Shown: positions 23,342-35,519 of the stretch, in pieces
How the letters are laid out: each line of letters starts with the position of its first letter
Position numbering within the stretch: the stretch's first letter is position 1
Source of the DNA: Malacoraja senta
Lineage: Eukaryota
Assembly: GCA_038087875.1 (NCBI GenBank)
Contig: CM075992.1
Location: 10,976,001-11,040,000 of the forward strand
DNA: 64,000 bases
Direction: 5' to 3'
Program-made: the position numbers and the translations under genes
The notes under the pieces: generated by a model
The model's input: only the letters and a program-made list of their open reading frames with translations
The model's database searches: none
Told to the model about the DNA's origin: nothing

Positions 23342-23890
23342 TGAATGGTGCCACAACAACAATCATGCTCTCAACGTTATCAAAACCATGAGCAGATTGT
23401 TGACTTCAGAAGGGAACACCAAAGATTCATGAACCTGCCTAAACTGACAATGCAACAGTGGAAAGTGTCAACAGCTTCAAATGTTTGGGTGTGTTTATCT
23501 CTGATGATTTGTCCTGGGCTCAGCATGTTGATGCAAACATAAAGAAAGCTTATCAACATCTCTACTTTCTTAAAGGTTTGAGGAGATTTGGCATGTTTTT
23601 GGCAACTCCATTGAACATCTACGGGTGGGTAGAGAGCACAGCGATTGGTTGTAATACGTCAACTCAAATACCCAAGAATGTGGTGTTCACTGCCTGGTCC
23701 ATTAGTAATATTGACCTCCCCACCATCAAAGGGATCTACAGGAATTGCTACCTCAAAAAGGTTGCTAATATAATTAAAAATCTCCACCACCCTGGTCAGG
23801 CTCTCATCTCACTGCTACCATTTGGAAAAACGTAGAGAAGACTGTTAACCACGACCTCCAGATTCAAGAGCAGCTAGTTCCGATCAATCT
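23342..23890 (+). mobile_element. Rex1/Babar LINE C-terminal fragment
   Basis: FKCLGVFISDDLSW, KKAYQHLYFLKGLRRFG, HPGQALISLLP. Confidence 0.8.
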
Positions 23891-26519
23891 TAAAATTTGT
23901 GGAGTTTGGAAATTTAACAAAATGAAACACTGGAAATTTGAAACTTAAACAGAAAATCCTAGAAATACTCAAAGTCAAATATCATCTGTGGAGAGAGAGA
24001 AATAGAATTTGGAAAGCAAAATACCTGAAGAAAGAATGTAGATCTGAAATTTTAGATCTGTTTCTCTTTGCACGGCTGCTGCCTGATCTACTGAGTATTG
24101 TCAGCTTTTTCTGTTTTATAGACTTTGGAAAGAATGAAGAGGAGGTTTACGAGGAGGATGCCTGGAATTGAGGGTATGTGCGACAAGGAGAGGTTGGATT
24201 AATGATTGACGAGCATTTGACGGCACTGGGCCTGCACTTGCTGGAGTTTAGAAGAATGAGGGAGAACCTCATTGAAGCTTACCGAACAGTGAAAGGCCTG
24301 GATAGAGTGGATGTGGAGAAGATGTTTCCACGAGTCTAGGACTAGAGGGCACGGCCTCAGAATAAAATGACGTACCTTGAGAAAGATGAGAAGTTCTTTT
24401 GGTCAGTGGGGAGTGAATCTGTGGAATTCATTGCCACAGAAGGCATTGGATATTTTTAAGGTAGAGATTGACAGATTCTTCATAGTAAGGGTGTCAAAGC
24501 TTAGAGGGAGAAGGCAAGAGAATGGGTTGGGAGGGAAAGATAGATCAGGCATGATTGAATGGTGGAGTAGACTCCATGGGCCGAATGGCCTAAGTGTGCT
24601 GCTATGAATGATGAACTTATGACAGACTTGCATTATTTTCTTTGGAATGCCAGAAGTTGAGGATAGACCTGATAGAAGTATATAAATATGAGAAGCATAG
24701 TTAGAGTAGACTGTCAGAACCCTTTTCTCCAGGATTGAAATATCAAATATTAAAGGAAATAGCTTTAAGGTGAAAGGAGCAAAGATTAAAGGAGATTTAC
24801 AGGGCAAGTTTTTTCACAAGGGTGGCAATTGCCCTGAACTGGCTGCTGGGTGGTGATGGAGGCAGGTACCTCAATGCTTTCAAGAGATTTTTGGATAGGT
24901 ACATGAAAATGCAGAGAATGGAGGGATAGAGATTATGTGCAGGCAGTTAAGAGTTGGTCTGGCATTATGTTCACATTTGTGGGCCGAAGAGTCTGTTTCT
25001 GTGCTCTTCAGTTCGATGATCTGTATGTTGCTAGAACAAGATGATAGGGTTGTGATTGGTTTTGTATGTAGCATAGGGTTATTTTGACCAGAAAGGTTTA
25101 CGAGGATGTTACTGCGTCTGGATGGCTTAAGTTATAGAAGAGGCTGTGGTATTTTCCCTGGAGTGTAGGGTATTGAGGGGTGATCTTATAGAGGTTTATA
25201 AAGTCGTGACGGGCATAGAAAAGTGGTTATAGCTTTTTCCCAAGGATGGAGTTTAAAATTTAGGGGGATAGTTTTAAGGTAAGAGGGAACAACTTAAATG
25301 GACCTGAGGGACAACCTAGCACACAGAGAGTAGTGTGTATATGGAAAGGGAGTAGTTGAGGCAGTTACAATTACAACATGATGTAAGTTTAAAGACATTT
25401 AGACAGCTACATAGATAGGAAGGTTTTGGAGCGATATGGCCAGGCCGCAGGCAAGGGGGACTAGTTTGGTTCAACAACTTTTTGTCAAGGACCATTTTGG
25501 CCAAAATACTTGTTTTTGTGCTGTACAACTCAGTGACTCCAGAATCTGACATAGACGAGGGGAATTGCAGACAGGAAGACTTAGGAACTTGGAAATTAAA
25601 GAGTATTGTGGACGGTTGCTATTACAATTGGAGGACAGGCTGGACATCCTCAGGCGTATGAGGGTAGATAAATCTCCTGGGCCTGATCAGATATATTTAA
25701 AACACTGTGGGATGCTGGAGAAGAACTTGCAAGAGCCCTGGCTGAAATATGTGAATCATCAGACATAGTTGAGTTGTTGGAAGCCATGAGGGTGGCTAAT
25801 ATTGTGCCTCTATTAAGAAGGCCTGCAAATAAAAACCTAAACACTACGCCTAACCTCAGTTGTAGACAAGTTACTGAGAGAATTCGGAAGAATAAGATAT
25901 ATATGCATTTGGAAATATAAAGTTGATTTTGACTGTGTTTTTGATGATGTATCTGAGAAGGTTAATGAGGGTAGGGCCGTTGACATATCTATATGGACCA
26001 GCAATAATAATGTTCAGCATTGTAGGTTGCTATGGAAGGTTTCATCCAAGAGGTCCAGGGAGAGTTGGCTGACTGGATATAGAATTGGCTTCATGGAAGG
26101 AAGTGGAGGTTGGTGGTGGAAGGTGGTTTTTGAACTGGAGTCTTATGACCAGTGGCGTGCACCAGGGTTCGGTGCTGGGGCCATTGATGTTTGTATCTAT
26201 ATCAACTGATTTAGGTAAGGCATGCGGTTTGCGGGTGCCATTAAAATCGATGGTGTTGTAGGTGATTATAGTTATCAAGTGTCAAAGAACACAAATCAAG
26301 AGAGTCAAGAGTCGTGTTTAATTATCATATGTACCAAAACAAAACAATGAAATTCTTACTTGCAGCAGTCAAAAAATTTGGAAAGACAGTTAAAGATAAT
26401 AAAAAATAACAAAAAGTTCAATAAAAAGAAAACAAAACAATATTTTGCATAAAACAAAAGCTCAAAATCTCTTGTGAAATCAAGACATTTAATCGTATTT
26501 CATAATTCAAGACATTCAT

Positions 26520-27177
26520 AACCTTTTGACTCCTACAGCTATCTAGACTACACTTCCCATCCTGCCACCTGCAAAGACTCTATCCGCTACTCCCAATTCC
26601 TCCGTCTACGCCGCATTTACACACAAGATGAAGTGGGACATACCACGACGTCCTCATTCTTTAGGATCGGGGTTTCCATCATAGATGAGGCCCTCACAGG
26701 GTCTCTTTGGTATCCCGCATCTCCTCTCTTGCTCCCCCTCCCCCCAGTCACAACGGGACAGTCCCCATAGTCCTCACATTTAACCACATCAGCTGTAGCC
26801 TACAGTACACAATCCTGCAACATTTTCGCCACCTCCAATGGGATCCCACCACTAGCCACATCTTCCATCTCCACCCCTTTCTGCTTCCCACAGAGACTGT
26901 TCCCACCACAACTCCCTGGTTAACTCATCCCTTCCCACCCTTCCCACCCCCTCCCCAGGTACTTCCCCTGCCAACACCTGTCCCTATACCTCCTACCTAG
27001 ACTCCATCCAAGGACCCCCGACATTGTTTTCAGGGTGAGGCAGAGGTTCACTTGCACCTCCTCCAATTCACTTGCACCTCCTCCAACCTCATCTACTGTA
27101 TCCGCTGTTCCAGCTGTGGACTCCCGTGTATCGGCAAGGCCAAGCGCAGGCTCGGTGATCGTGTTGCTGAACACCTC
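26520..27177 (+). mobile_element. Penelope-like element fragment (RT C-terminus and GIY-YIG endonuclease start)
   Basis: YLDYTSHPATCKDSIRYSQFLRLRRI; FTCTSSNLIYCIRCSSCG..IGKAKRRLGDRVAEH. Confidence 0.85.
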
Positions 27178-27199
27178 CAGTATTTTTTTGTCTTATTTT

Positions 27200-27620
27200 G
27201 TATAAAATCATGACCGGAATAGATAGGGTAAATTCACAGATTGTTTTTAACCCAGAGTAGGAGTATCGAGAACTAGAAATCTTAGTTTAAGTAGAGAAGG
27301 GAAAGAGTTAATAGATAGTTTAGTTTAGTTTAGTGTCACGTGTACCGAGGTGCAGTAAACCTGAGTGGCAACTTTTTTCACATAGAGGATAGTGGATAAA
27401 CGGAATGAGCTCACGATTCATTTCAATTATACTTTATTGCCACCAGGGCAGAGGCAGGTACAATGGTAACATTTAAAATATATTTGGAAGGTACACAAGC
27501 AGGGAAAAGTTAGAGGGATATAGATCAAATGTTGGCAAATGGGATTAGGTTAGATGGGGAATTTTTATCAGCATGGGCTGAGTTGGATCAAATGGCCTGT
27601 TTCCCTGCTGTATGACTCTG
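27200..27620 (+). mobile_element. Old CR1 3' end
   Basis: CR1 3' motifs ending ctgtatgactct. Confidence 0.6.
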
Positions 27621-28165
27621 TGATCATACTAGGCTGTGTCTGTACAATAAATTCCATGCAATTCATATGAAGTCCTTTGTTTCATAACTAGGCTGTAGCA
27701 GGCAACCTGTTGTATGATCACAATTTAAGTATAATAGGGGCTAGGAAACTTTCAACTGCTGCTCTGTCTCCATTTCTAGAGCTGTGTTGGTGTCTACCGA
27801 GGTGTGATTTTGAACAATTCTGCTCTTACAGCTTTATATATATGGTCTATTTTTAGAGACAGGAAAAGTGACGTTAGCATTCCAAGCCATACACTAAACG
27901 AAACTTGTTACATGCTGTGAAATCTTATAAATCGCTTTGAGGCTGACAGGAAAGAGAGAAGTGCCAAAATACATGTACTAAACCAGATCCTTTTATGACT
28001 GCAGGATGTCGCAATGCTTATCAGATCAACAGCACAAATCCGCATACATGTAGTACTTCTAATGTATGGAATCATCTCTACATCACTTCACAGTAGGATG
28101 AATGAGGTTTTACACACAAGTTCTCACAAATTTTGGGACAAATGGTCAAAGAAGTTGGATTTCAT

Positions 28166-30525
28166 GTCAAGTCAAGTCAAGAGAGTTTTTATCATGTGTC
28201 CAGATAGGACAATGAAATTCTTGCTTGCTGCAACACAACAGAATATTGTAGGCATAAATACAGATCAGATCAGTGTGTCCATATACCATAGAATATATAT
28301 ACACACACGTAAATAAACCGATGAAGTGCAATAGGCTGTTATAGTTCAGAGTTTGTATGAAGTTGTGTTTAATAGTCTGATGGCTGTGGGGAAGTAGCTG
28401 TTCCTGAACCTGGATGTTGCAGATTTCAGGCTCCTGTACCTTCTACCTGATGACAGCGGAGAGATGAGTGTGTGGCCAGAATGGTGTGGTCCTTGATGAT
28501 GCTGGCAGCCTTTTTGAGGTAGTGGACTGTGATAGATCCCCTCAATAGTAGGGAGGTTCAGAACCGATGATGGACTGGGCAGTGTTTACAACTTTTTCAG
28601 CCTTTTCCGCTCCTGGACGCTCAGTTTGCCGTACCAAGCCACGATGCAACCGGTCAGCATACTCTCTACTGTGCACCTGTAGAAGTTCGAGAGAGTCCTC
28701 CTTGACATACCGACTCTCCGTAATCTTCTCAGGAAGTAGAGACGCTGATGTGCTTTCTTTATGATTGCATCAGTGTTCTGGAACCAGGAGAGATCTTCGG
28801 AAATATGCACGCCCATGAATTTGAAGTTCTTGACCCTTTCCACCATCGACCCGTTCATATAAATGTGACTGTGGGTCCCCATCCTACCCCTTCCAAAGTC
28901 CACAATCAGTTCCTTGGTTTTGCTGGTGTTGAGAGCGAGGTTATTGTGGTGGCACCATTTGGTCAATCAGTCGATCTCACTTCTATACTCTGACTCGTCC
29001 CCATCAGTGATACGTCATACAGCAGTGGTGTCGTCGGCGAACTTGATGATGGAGTTCGCACTATGTCGGGCTACGCAGTCATGAGTATAGAGAGAGTAAA
29101 GCTGGGGGCTGAGCACACAGCATTGAGGTGCTCCCGTGCTGATTGTTATCGAGATTGACACATTTCCACCAATATGGACAGACTGGTCTGTGAATGAGGA
29201 AGTCGAGGATCCAATTGCAGAGGGATGCGCAGAGACCCAGATCTGAGAGCTTGTTAACCAGCTTGGAGGGGATGATGGTGTTAAATGCCGAGCTGTAGTC
29301 AATGAATAACAGCCTGACATATGAGTTTTTGTTGTCCAAGTGGTCCAGAGCGGAGAGAGATCGCATCCACCGTTGATCTGTTGTGGCGGTAGGCAAACTG
29401 CAGTGGGTCCAGGTTTTTGTCGAGATACGAGTTGATTTGCGCCATGATCAGCCTCTCAAAGCACTTCATCACCACAGACGCTAGTGCCACTGGTCGAGAG
29501 TCATTGAGGCACATCACCTTGCTCATCTTGGGCACCGCTATTATTGATGGCCTTTAAAGGAGGTGGGAACCTCAGACCTCAGAAGTCAGAGGTTGAAAAT
29601 GTCCGTAAAAGCTCTAGCCAGTTGGTCCGCACAATTTTTTAAAACACGGCCGGGTATAGCATCAGGTCCAGGCGCTTTCCGATCGTTCACCCGTCTGAAG
29701 CATCTTCTGACGTCGGCCTCTGTGCCTGTGATCGAAATACCATCACAGCGAATGGGGGCTCGGGAAGGCACATCAGTGTTCTCCCTATCAAAGCGTGTGT
29801 AAAACGCATTAAGCTCGTCAGGGAGTGATGCTTCGCTGACATTTGAGCTGCCTCCTGATTTTGCCTTGTAGGTGGTGATGGCATTCAAGTCCTGCCACAG
29901 TTGCTGAACATCCGTTTCCTCCTCCAGCTTGGAGCAGAAGTCTCTTTTGGCCCTTTTGATGGCCTTACCAAGGTTGTATCTGGACTTCTTGTAGACCTCT
30001 GTATTTCCAGACCTGAATGCCCGGGATCTGGTCTTCAGAAGAATGCGGATCTCATGGTTCATCCAAGGCTTCTGGTTAGGAAACACTCAGAAAGGTTTTT
30101 GTTGGGATGCAGTCCTCGACACATTTCTTTATGAAGTCTGTAGCGACTGTGGCATATTCATTCAGGTCTGTTGCCGAGTCCCTGAACATTGCCCAGTCTA
30201 CAGACTCCTAACAATCCTGGAGTTGTTCCTCTGCCCCCTTCCCCCCCCCCCCCTGACCAGCTCTGACAGTCCTTACCTCTGGGGGTGCGCTCTTCAATTG
30301 CTGCCTGTAGGCAGGAAGAAGCAGCACCGCAGTATGGTTGGATTTACTGTGAGGGCGAGGGATAGAGCGATAGGCATCCTTGATGGTCGTGTAGCAGTGG
30401 TCGAGGGTGTTTGGTCCTCTGGTGCTGCAGGAGACATGTTAGTGGAAGTTAGGGAGCGATTTCTTAAGGTTGGCTTTGTTGAAATCCTCGGCTATGGTGG
30501 TAAATGCCTTTGGGTACGGTGCTGG
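28166..30525 (-). mobile_element. Rex1/Babar LINE (EN remnant and RT), degraded
   Basis: [49 protein letters not shown]; (CTTGA)n tail. Confidence 0.92.
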
Positions 30526-30619
30526 AAAAGAGATGAAGATGATTAGAGATGCACTGTGATCTAGAAGTCATGTAAAGTTGAAAAAGGTTGCAGTGTGGAA
30601 TGAAGGCCTTAGAAAGCTA

Positions 30620-30935
30620 CACTTTAGTTTAGTTTTGTTCTGAAATACAGCATGAAAACAGGCCCTTTGGCCCACCGAGTCCATGATGATCATCAATTCA
30701 CACTAGTTCTATGTTATCCCACTTTCGCATCCGTTCCCTAGATGAATGGATTAGGGGTAATTTACAGAGGATAGTTATTCGACAAACTCCACACTTTTGG
30801 GATGTGTGAGGAAACTGGTGCACCCAGAGGATAGCCAAATGGTCACAGGGAGAAAGTGCAAACTCCACAAAGACAGCACCCGAGATCACGATTGAACTTG
30901 GTTTCACTGGAGCTGTGAGGCAGCAGCTCTACCAG
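30620..30935 (-). mobile_element. V-SINE
   Basis: Head ggtagagctgctgcctcacagc...agttcaatc, V-domain and tail. Confidence 0.8.
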
Positions 30936-30937
30936 CT

Positions 30938-31848
30938 GGTAGACACAAAATGCTGTAGTAACTCAGCGAGGCAGGCAGCAAATCTGGGGAGAAGAAAGGG
31001 GTGAGTTTCGGTTCAAGACCCTGCTGCAGACTGATGTCGGGAGTGGGTGCGACAAAGATAGACAGTAAGACTGGTGGGAGAACTGGGAAGGGGAGGGGAT
31101 GGAGAGAGAGGGAAAGCAAGAACTATTTGTACAGAGAAGGTTCACCAGACTGATTCCTGGGATGTCAGGACTTTCATATGAAGAAAGACTGGAGAGACTC
31201 GCCTTGTACTCGCTAGAATTTAGAAGATTGAGGGGGGATCTTATAGAAACTTACAATATTCTTAAGGGGTTGGACAGGCTAGATGCAGGCTGTTCCCGAT
31301 GTTGGGGAAGTCCAGGACAAGGGGTCACAGTTTAAGGATAAGGGGAAATCTTTTAGGACTGAGAAAAACATTTTTCACACAGAGAGTGGTGAATCTCTGG
31401 AATTCTCTGCCAAAGAAGGTAGTTGAGGCCAGTTCATTGGTTATATTTAAGAGGGAGTTAGATGTGGCCCTTGTGGCTAAAGGGATCAGGGGGTATGGAG
31501 AGAAGGCATGTACTGGATACTGAGTTGGATGATCAGCCATGATCATATTGAATGGCGGTGCAGGCTCGACGGGCCGAATGGCCCACTCCTGCACCTATTT
31601 TCTATGTTTCTATGTTTCTATTTGAAGTTAGAGAAGCCAATGTTCATAATGCTGGGGTGTAAGCTACCCAAGCGAAATATGAGGTGCTGCTCCTCCAATT
31701 TGCGCTGGGCCTCACTCTGACAATGAAGGAGGCCCAGGACAGAAAGGTCAGATTGGGAATGGGAGGGTGAATTGAAGTGCTAAGCCACCGGGAGATCAGG
31801 TAGGTTAAGGCGGACTGAGTGGAGGTGTTCTGTGAAACCAGCTGAGCC
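30938..31848 (-). mobile_element. Penelope 3' end (GIY-YIG C-terminus and pLTR), interrupted by CR1
   Basis: Minus strand AQRKLEEQHLIFRLGSLHPSIMNIGFSNF; pLTR with decayed hammerhead motif. Confidence 0.85.
31130..31617 (+). mobile_element. Young 5'-truncated CR1
   Basis: [20 protein letters not shown]; (TTCTATG)n tail; TSD CTATTTG at 31123-31129 and 31618-31624. Confidence 0.9.
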
Positions 31849-32194
31849 ACTATGCTGCTTTAAATGATTTAATATCGGAATGGGAACCTTTGTATTTTAT
31901 TCGGTCCACAAGATGAGATTTCATGGATGTACATAAGTATTGGAGGACATTAACAATGTGTCTGTCACTGTACTCAGCCCATTTATATTGCTTGCTAAGC
32001 ACCTTGCATGAGGAATACAACATTAGGCACATTTGTACTGTTTTATTTCCCATTTCCCATCTGCATCACTGCTCAGCTTCCCATCTCTCAAAGCGACCAA
32101 ACTACGACCTCCTCAGGTGCCTCCAGGTAGTATTAACTGGAAATCATCCTTCTTAGGCAGTCCCTTGGAATGACCCATTGCCATTACATAAATC

Positions 32195-32620
32195 ATAGAA
32201 AAGGGCACCACAGGAACAGACCCTTCGGCCCACAAATCTGTACTGTGTAAGATGTTAAATTCAATCTACATGTATGTGATCCAAATCCTTCTATTCCCTG
32301 CATATTCATGTACTTATCTGAAATCCTCTTATGCACCACTATCATAGCTGCCTCCACCGACATTCTGGCAGCGCGTTCCAAGTACCCAATAATATTTGTG
32401 TTCAAAACGTGGCCCACCCACCTTGTTTAAACTTTCCCCCCATCATCTTAAAACTATGCCCTCCAGCATTTGACATGTTCACCCAAGCTAAATGGTTCTG
32501 CCTGTCTATCCTGTCTATGCCCCTGATAATGTCATATACGTCTATCCAGTCTCTGCTCAACCAACTTTTCAAGTCTGTCCAAGCTCTCCTTATATGTAAT
32601 ACTCTTTAATCCAGGCAGCA
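32195..32620 (-). mobile_element. Old CR1 3' end
   Basis: CR1 3' UTR on the minus strand. Confidence 0.6.
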
Positions 32621-33622
32621 CTAGTGGGGTACCGCAAGGCTCGGTGCTGGGACCGCAGCTATTTACAATATACATCAATGATTTGGATGAAGGGAATCAA
32701 AGTAACATTAGCAAATTTGCAGATGACACAAAGCTGGGTGGCAGTGTGAACTGTGAGGAGGATGCTATGAGAATGCAGGGTGACTTGGACAGGTTGGGGG
32801 AGTGGGCAGATGCATGGCAGATGAAGTTTAATGCGTATAAATGTGAGGTTATCTACTTTGGTAGCAAAAATGGGAAGGCATCTAAATGGCATCAAGTTGG
32901 GAAAAGGGGAAGTACAACAGGGTCTGGGAGTCCTTGTACATCAGTTTATGAAAGTAAGCATGCAGGTACAGCAGGCAGTGAAGAAAGTGAATGGCATGTT
33001 GGCCTTTATAACAAGAGGAATCGAATATTGGAGCAAAGAGGTCCTTCTGCGGTTGTAAAGAGCCCTAGTGAGACCACACCTGGAGTATTGTGTGCAGTTT
33101 TGGTCCCCTAATTTGAGGAAGGACATTCTTGCTATTGAGGGAATGCAGCGTAGATTTACAAGGTTAATTCCCGGGATGGCGGGACTGTCATATGCTGAGA
33201 GAATGGAGCAGCTGGACTTGTACACTCTGGAGTTTAGAAGGATGAGAGGGGATCTCATTGAAACATATAAGATTGTTAAGGGTTTGGACACACTAGTGGC
33301 AGGAAACATGTTCCCAATGTTGGGGGAGTCCAAAACCAGGGGCCACTGTTTAAGAATATGGAGTAAGCCATTTAGAACGGAGACGAGGAAACACTTTTTC
33401 TCACAGAGAGTGTTGAGTCTGTGGAATTCTCTGCCTCAGAGGGCGGTGGAGGCAGGTTCACTGGATGCTTTCAAGAGAGAGAGAGCTAGATAGCGGAGTC
33501 AGGGGATATGGGGAGAAGGCAGGATCGGGGTACTGATTGGGGCTGATCAGCCATGATCACATTGAATGGCGGTGCTGGCTCGAAGGACCGAATGGCCTAC
33601 TCCTGCACCTATTGTCTATTGT
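32620..33622 (+). mobile_element. 5'-truncated CR1 (RT C-half)
   Basis: SGVPQGSVLGP, SKFADDTK, RPHLEYCVQFW; CTATTGT tail. Confidence 0.92.
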
Positions 33623-33863
33623 GTACACCAGGCTTCAATGTGGCCTGTTGTATGGATTCAAGATTCCCAGCAGTTGGGGATGATGTTGCATTCCTTAAAG
33701 AGATTTTAAGAACAATATTAAATATATTCCTCTGTTCATAGAAATTCCCTGAACGTCACAGAGCTCAGAATGGAGTCTGTGTTTCAAGCGTCTGCTTTGT
33801 GCACACAACTAATGAAGTATCTCACCACTAAGATTTAGAACTTAAGCAGAATTAGCATCAGAC

Positions 33864-35150
33864 ATAGATAAAGCATTTATACAATGGGAAAGAATGGGAA
33901 TTAAAACGCTCGAAGATCTGTATGAATTAGAAAAATTACTATCATTCCAACAACTACAACTGAAATATAATTTGAAAAATAATCAATATTTTAAATATAT
34001 ACAAATCTGTGACTATTTGAAATCACACACAAAAGATTATTATAATATGCCTTCCGACTTACTAGATGAAGCAATGAAGACAAAGGCGGAATCAGTTAAT
34101 TTAATATCATACTTATATAATATCATCTTAAATATAGAAATACCCACAACAGATGGAATTAGAAGAGATTGGGAACAAGATCTAGGTATAAAAATTTCAA
34201 AAGAAAGCTGGGATAATCATTTATTACAGGTGCATAAATGCTCGATCAACGTACGACATACGCTTATCCAATTTAAAACATTACATAGATTATATTATTC
34301 AAAAACCAAACTAAATAAAATCTTTCCTAACGTCTCATCAATCTGTGATAAATGTATATGTCAAGAAGCTACCATAGCACATTCTTTTGTTTTTTGTACA
34401 AAAATCCAAAAATTCTGGTTTGAAATATTTGATATTTTTTCAAAATTAATCAAAATAAAACTGGTACCAAAACCAGAATGGATTATTTTTGGAATATCGG
34501 AAGGTATTCCTGAATTAAACGTGTATCAGAAGAATTTACTCAATTATGGGCTAATAATGGGAAAAAAGCTTATACTTAAATTCTGGAAAAATGCGCCCAC
34601 ACCAACAATAAAAATGTGGACATCAAATATGTTGGAAACATTACATCTGGAAGAGATGAGATTCCTCCTAGTAGGTAAAGTAGATCAATTTCAAAAGACG
34701 TGGTCTGCGTTTTTGGACCTATTACAAGCATGAGGTGCAATAGTAATTTAGAAAAACAAATAAATAAATAAAAGGTATCTGGACCTGGTAATGGGAGGTA
34801 AAATAAACACAGACTTGGTTGGTAGTTCCTTCTCTATGAAGTATAGTATAAGAGTTATAATAGAGCGATTGTTCCTTCTTTCTTTCTCTTTTTTTTTCTA
34901 GGGTCTATTTTCTAACTTTACTTCCTTCTCTAACCGCTTCTCTAAGGGGCTTTCTTTTCCCAACACTCTTTTGCACTTCACAACCTTTGCGCACTTTCTT
35001 CACTTTTCTTACTTCTTTCTTTTTCTTTCTTAAAGTTTAAAAAAATGAAGCGGTACAAAAAATGTATTAATATATACGTGTTGTACATTACTGTAATCTA
35101 CCGTACTTCTAAAAAATAAAAAATAAAAAAAAAAATAAAAAAAAAAAAAA
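33864..35150 (+). mobile_element. 5'-truncated L1
   Basis: 279-aa ORF2 C-terminus (CDKC...HSFVFC), 3' UTR, long poly-A; short possible TSD AGAC(A). Confidence 0.9.
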
Positions 35151-35317
35151 AGACACTAGAACTTTTTTAAAATTTGGCTTGTGGTGTTTTCAATTTCTAG
35201 TTAGTCAGGGGTGACAAGAAGACTGGACCAAGTAACTGGATGTGGGACAGTGCCATAGAGCCATTGATCCATGACTCACATCAAAGACAGGTGAATTGAA
35301 GATATCTTTGAAGTTAA

Positions 35318-35446
35318 AACAAGGAATCACAGATGCTTGTTTACCAAGGATAGACAGAAAATGCTGAAGTAACTCATTGGGTCGGGCAGAATCCATAGAG
35401 AACATGGATAGGTGACATTTCGGATCAGGAATATTTTTCAGACTGA
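35318..35446 (-). repeat. Penelope pLTR fragment
   Basis: Same pLTR motif as at 30938-31040 and 63150-63290. Confidence 0.65.
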
Positions 35447-35519
35447 AGATCTTTCAAGCATTAGTCTTCGAGAAAAGAAACTTGTACTGAGAGTTGCCAA
35501 TAGCACAACATTGTTTAAT

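Larger units (their letters stand above)
22120..26270. mobile_element. Cluster of old CR1 fragments (mostly +) with interspersed SINE, Rex1 and pLTR pieces
   Basis: Repeated EYCVQFW, VNLWNSLPQ, DKSPGPD, SGV(H/P)QGSVLG motifs and CR1 3' UTRs. Confidence 0.7.

Noticed and set aside
28006..28106. Possible plus-strand exon after ...CTGCAG
   Set aside because: No recognisable protein and a weak donor; cannot be supported without RNA data
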